The translations under genes and the position numbers were made by a program. From Paramecium tetraurelia (Eukaryota): 64,000 bases of DNA. The stretch's first letter is position 1. Every line of letters starts with the position of its first letter. Below are positions 58,761-64,000 of the stretch, one piece after another. Under the pieces are notes generated by a model. The model worked only from the letters and a program-made list of their open reading frames with translations. It made no database searches and was not told the origin of the DNA. Location: contig CT868660.1 of assembly GCA_000165425.1 (NCBI GenBank), forward strand, positions 558,001 to 622,000, given 5' to 3'.

Positions 58761-59264
58761 ATGGGTTCCTCTTGTTAAAAACAAAATGAAATCATCACTG
58801 CTTATCAACAATCTGAAACAATAGAAATGGATGATTTGAGAATTGCCAAAGAAATATATCCAATTAAAGTTCATAGAGGTTTCAGAAACACTTTTTAAAA
58901 AAATAAATAAGTGACTAAGATTGAAGAAGCTACTTCTCTTTCCCTTCTCCAATATGAATTACAAAAATACTCTAAACAGAATTATTGCACTGAGAAAATT
59001 ATTCCTTCTGAAATCCAATAGAAACAAGAAAGCTAAAAAACCAATAAAAAAAAGATTAAAGGCATAATTAAACCCCATGCATCGTGCTAATTGATACAAT
59101 CATCTGTCAGACTCAACTATAATTTAAAAAATTAATAACATTAATATCGAGTGGGCTAAAGATTACATTCAGAAAAATAGGTGAGATTTAATCTCCCAAA
59201 AATACATCATAATTCTTCTCGTTCTTGCTCAATCCCGAAAACAAGGTGTAAGAAACACATTTGA
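58761..59264 (+). CDS. Hypothetical protein with predicted N-myristoylation/palmitoylation
   Basis: MGSSCQKQNE..IKGIIK..VRFNLP..KKHI-TGA. Confidence 0.65.
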
Positions 59265-59539
59265 TGATCAGTACTAATTATTAAACAATGAGAATCTGAG
59301 AATTCTAAAAATGTTTTTAATTTTTTTTTTTATTTTTACCTATAAAAGATGTTAGTAAATGAAAATAAATGAAAAACTGAATTTATCAGTTAAAGTTATT
59401 TTATTAATCAATTTCTCGAAAATAAAAGTACTGTTACCTTAATCTCAAAATATTACTTAATTACCATGATTTAAACATGAAATTACATCGAATATTTAGA
59501 ACTTTGATCAAACATTTTATAAATTATTAACTAAATTTT

Positions 59540-60022
59540 ATGGGTGCTTCTTGTCAATGTTAACAATAAGGCTCTGATACTTATTAAAATCAAGAAACAC
59601 AATGGCATATCCCTATATCAAAAGAGTTTAGACCAAAACCCATAAATACTAGTATTAAGCATGACTTGAGGGCTAATTATCAGGACCTAGATTGTCAATA
59701 CTGCAATAGACCCTAAATGAGAGAAATGGGTGCTTAAACCCATGTTACATTTTGTAACATAAGTCAATGTGACACTTAAAAAAAAAAGAATAAAAATCAG
59801 AAAAAATAAAAGCCAAAGAAATGCAAGGACAAAGCAAGTTTTGAGAATTCTGAATCAAGCAAACAAAGATCATCTAGTCAATATAGCTAAACCTAAAATA
59901 TACTCCTTTTATATTAATCTTTAAAAAGTTAGGGAAGGCAATATTAACAATAAAAAGCTAAGCCTTATGAAGTATTGGTTAATTCTCAAAAAGTATAACC
60001 TTCTCTTGTAGAATAGCTTTGA
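59540..60022 (+). CDS. Hypothetical protein with predicted N-myristoylation/palmitoylation
   Basis: MGASCQCQQQ..LVEQL-TGA. Confidence 0.6.
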
Positions 60023-60397
60023 ATAGATCCAATTTGAATAAAAATGATTATTTTAAAGATCATATCTAAATATCAATTATAAATAAATAAACACAATTTT
60101 ATACTCATAAAATTATTTATTTAAACATTCAATATATATCAAAGCCTTCATTAAATTTTGATATCTCAATTAAATCCCTTTTGGAAGTGGATTGAAATGT
60201 GTAAAGTTACCAAAAGTATAAAGAGTGAAATTTCAACTTATACAAGATAGTATATCATCTAAAATGGATACTTTAGAAAATATATATACAACAAAGAGAA
60301 TATTGATTTATTATTTTAATAAACAAAATTATATTATTCTAAATAAATAGGTATTAAATTTATTAGAAATATTTTTGAAGTGCAATAAAATTTTAAT

Positions 60398-61053
60398 ATG
60401 AAATAACAATATCCAGTTCCAAATGTAACAAAAAAGGTCATCATAATCAACCAAAAGTATCGATTTCTATTTAGATATCCTAGATCAAATGTGATACATG
60501 AAAATGATAATAGATGCAATACTCAGAACTAATAACAAACCAATTCAGATTAATAGAAATAAATTAAGAAGATTGAGATTCCAATAGAACTAGAGTGTAT
60601 AATAAAATTTAATTCTTAGAAAGTGCTAATAATTATAATGAACAATCATGTTAGCAAATAACTCGCATGTATTAAAAGAATAGCATTCAATTATAAGATT
60701 TCTAAGCTCAAATCGATGAATTGAAGGAGAGGATCCAATTTATTGAATAAAAATTTTCGAATTTAGAAACTAATAGTAGAAAAAAAAAAAAGAGGAGAAC
60801 TGCTGCAGAAATAGAAAAAAATTTTGAAGTTAGTTAGATTTGATCTATTTTGTAGTGTCCATATAAAAATTGTTTGAAACAGTATGGATCTGATGTTTCG
60901 TTAAATTTGCACATTAAGTTTAAACACAATGGTGGAAACAAGAGTGAACGCCAAAAAATAATTGTAAACACTATTTTATAATAAAAGAAATAATTATAAG
61001 CTGGGGAGATTGATGAAAAAGATATTAGAGACATCAACCTACCACCTATATGA
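60398..61053 (+). CDS. Coiled-coil plus single C2H2 zinc-finger protein
   Basis: KKKRRTAAEIEKNFE/CPYKNCLKQYGSDVSLNLHIKFKHNGGNKSERQK..INLPPI; tiny introns. Confidence 0.8.
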
Positions 61054-61222
61054 ATAGCCAATTTTACATTCAAATATACATTTTGATTTCAAATTAGTTT
61101 ATGTGTTTCAATATTTTTATTCCGCCTTTTTTTTTATTATTTAAACAGGCTATATTATAGGAAATTTAAATTTGAAAGGACATTATTTTTATTATTAGAG
61201 TTTAAATCAATTTCCATCATTT

Positions 61223-61717
61223 ATGTCTAACATATATGAGAATAATAGAAAATTCGTTACAACTAAATAAAGATGGGTAAAAATAATAATTAAATTCAGG
61301 AAACTTTAACCCAAAATATAACTAAGAAAATTATAAATAAAGAAAACAGTTCAATAAGCCAAAAACATGCAATTGTTAAATCAATTTAAAAGAATAAATC
61401 CACTTTATCCTACAATAAAAAAATCGAACTACCTTAAAGAACTATTACTAAATATTTCAAAACATAGAGATCACAAATCTACTCCAACCTAAAACTGCAA
61501 GATTCAAAAGGATGCATTAGGGAATTCAGATGTTATGATGATAAAGCATTAAACATCCCTAATTCTTTTAGTTAAACTATAACACATGTAAATAATGTTT
61601 CAAATTTAGTCACTCGATAATGATTGTCAATCAGATGATGAGCAAGTTCAATTAGCAGTTGAGCAACTAAAAAATTTACTTGAATCTTAAATAAATTAAT
61701 TACACAAGTCGTTTTGA
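61223..61717 (+). CDS. Hypothetical protein
   Basis: MSNIYENNRKFVTTKQRW then intron gtaaaaat..ttcag; open to TGA at 61717. Confidence 0.55.
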
Positions 61718-62061
61718 AATTTAAACTTTATTATGCATTTTATAAATTAACTATAGAATAATCATATTTTTAACAAATTTAAGAACTCTATGCTATTTAA
61801 ATAGAATTTTAAACTCTTGTATGTATTAAACCGTAAAAAAATCCTGTGTGAAATCAATAAAAGCAATTCTATTTGCTATAAATCATAAATATTGTAAATA
61901 AGGATGCAAATGATTATTTTTAAGTTATAAATTTCGATTATATAATGAAATTCAATAGAATTCAAAAATATGTATAAACATATTGTTTCTAGTTATTTTA
62001 ATTAACTTATTTGACAAAATTATTAGAACTAAAATAAAATTTATATTTATTTATTTATTAA

Positions 62062-62918
62062 ATGGATCCCAATGCTTAAATTAATGAGAAGATACACAAA
62101 ATTATAAGAGAAATTGAGCACTCTGCAATTTGAAGTAGACACTACAAAAGATGCAAAAATAGATGAAATTTATGATAGAGTCAATAAAGCACAAAGTGAG
62201 TTGAAGGATATTATCAATAATTACAGTGAATAACTTGTAATATTAAGTTCTAAATATAGGGATAATTGGCAGGTTAATATTAAGATCTCAATAAATAATT
62301 CGAAAAGCAAAATGAATAATATAGTTCTTAACATGAGAAAAAACTTAAGGAAATTAAAAATTTGGAAAATAAGCTTCAGAAGAAGTTGGAAGATGACATA
62401 AAGGCAAACAGAGAATAAAGCGATTAAGTCCTATCAAACTACGATTAATAAGTAAGTGTCTTATAATTACACCTTTAAGGTCCAAGATTTACTATAACAG
62501 ATAGGATAAGAAATAAAGGTTAAAAATCAACAAGTAAATATAATAAATACTACTCTTTAAAATGATTTACCTACTTTGTGGTAATATAATGTATAAGAAA
62601 ATTAAGAAAGAGTACAAGAGGATTAAGATATTGTCAAAAGAGCTAGCAATGAGATTTCTAAACTGTTTGAATAGGCAAATTAAGGAAAGTAACAAAGGTA
62701 CTAAAAGTCGATTAATTTATAGAGAGGATGCAGAAGTGAGTATGTTTTCGATGTTGAAAGAAGTAGTAGTAAGAATCAAGAGTGAATTAGAAGAGGAGAG
62801 ATAATTGAGAATGGATGGACATGAGGCTTTATTGACCATACTTGAGGAAGCATATGAGAAAATGGAGGAAACACATGCAAAAGTTTAATAATAAAAGGCT
62901 GCTTTACAAGAAAAATGA
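62062..62918 (+). CDS. Striated-fibre assemblin (SF-assemblin/beta-giardin)-like coiled-coil protein; start codon ambiguous
   Basis: KLQEKLSTLQFEV..REDAEVSMFSMLKEVVVRIKSELEEERQLR..ALLTILEE; three tiny introns. Confidence 0.7.
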
Positions 62919-63778
62919 AATATAATATTATGTTCAATTTTTATCAGATTTGATAATTTTGTGTAATAAAATGGAGTTAAAAGAATAAAAAGAACCCATA
63001 TTTAAAACAAAAATTAATGTGAAGATTTACTTAACCGCAAACATAATTCTATATATCTTTAATATAAACATAGAGCTACTTCATTTAATTTACTTTCAGC
63101 AAATCTGCCAAAAACTATATAGCAGTAAATTCAAACATAACATTAAATTTTATTCAAATTTTGCATAATGTTGTAACTGATAGCATTTCAAATGGTTTTA
63201 TCTTCCTTATTCAATCTTAACTTTTCTTCCAGTTTAAATTTGTAATCCTATTTACTCTAGATTACTGATTTAATCATCTCAAGGTGGTATTAGCATTAAG
63301 ATTCATTATGTTATTTGTAAATACTTTCAGATTACCATCTACTCCTAATTTGATAATCAAGGATTTTGCAAATAAATAGGTGATAATAGAGGAATTAAAT
63401 GATTTTTAGACTTTATTGCATTGAGAATATTAATGAGTGGTTCAATTGATTTCTAGTTAATGTTGATTCAAACTCTAACAAATACCAGGATTAGGTTCAT
63501 TTTTAATCTAAAATCATTTAATTATACTATTAATCAACATTTACAAAGAGTATTATAAAATAATAGATTATTGTAATGACACCAATAAAGATGAACCGAA
63601 AGGGATAATTGTTAGGATTTTGGGGATACTTACTTATTTAATTAATTATTTTTTATAAAATTAACTGCTATTTTAGAAATTAGGGTTGTGATTATTTTTT
63701 TTGAGAACATTAAATATTCTAATATATGCATAATATCTTATTTAATATTTATTTGTTTTATAAAGAAGAATTGACAGG

Positions 63779-64000
63779 ATGTCCGAGGATGCTGAGTAGA
63801 GTTTTAGAGTTAATGAGATAATTTGGGCGAAAGTCTTAGGCTGTAAGTATAATATAATTAATTAGATCCATGGTGGCCTGCTAAAGTAATTATACAAAAA
63901 TCATCTTTTAGATTGCTTCTATTATGAATGTGAATGGCAAGAATGGATAACACAGTGAGTACAGAGTTAATTTTATTGGAGACACTTCGCAGTATTAAAT
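63779..64000 (+). CDS. PWWP-domain protein (5' part, truncated by the window edge)
   Basis: FRVNEIIWAKVLG/YPWWPAK/I..YRVNFIGD.S, split by tiny introns. Confidence 0.88.

Noticed and set aside
59261..59300. TGATGA...CTGA resembling C/D snoRNA boxes
   Set aside because: Only about 40 nt, overlaps a stop codon, and shows no terminal stem or recognisable guide.

Overview
AT-rich, gene-dense eukaryotic DNA that reads as a ciliate macronuclear chromosome segment, most likely Paramecium. TAA/TAG encode Gln, TGA is the only stop, GT..AG introns are about 20-31 nt, and intergenic gaps go down to 4-60 bp. The supplied ORF track uses the standard code, so it fragments real genes and reports off-frame or antisense artefacts. 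I re-read the genes by hand with translation table 6 and found about 33 protein-coding genes. In order: an ELM2/PHD chromatin protein; a tandem kinase-kinase-pseudokinase triplet; RCC1, LRR and GBP proteins; a CNBD K+ channel; EMC1-like, DDT/WHIM and Elf1 proteins; a RIM15/IRE-type AGC kinase; coiled-coil and orphan proteins; a secreted SFLE-motif proprotein; a UBX protein; two C2H2 proteins; RCL1, kelch, BI-1-like, EB1, BUD13, SDR, Sec14-CaaX and CNNM genes; two N-acylated orphans; an SF-assemblin-like gene; and a PWWP protein. I recognised no RNA genes, mobile elements, telomeric repeats or CRISPR arrays. Family calls come from motif recognition by eye, not database searches, and gene ends depend on manually inferred introns. 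No clearly new multi-gene system is proven. The best leads are the kinase/pseudokinase array, the zinc knuckle on the channel, and the DDT-WHIM and ELM2-PHD chromatin proteins.
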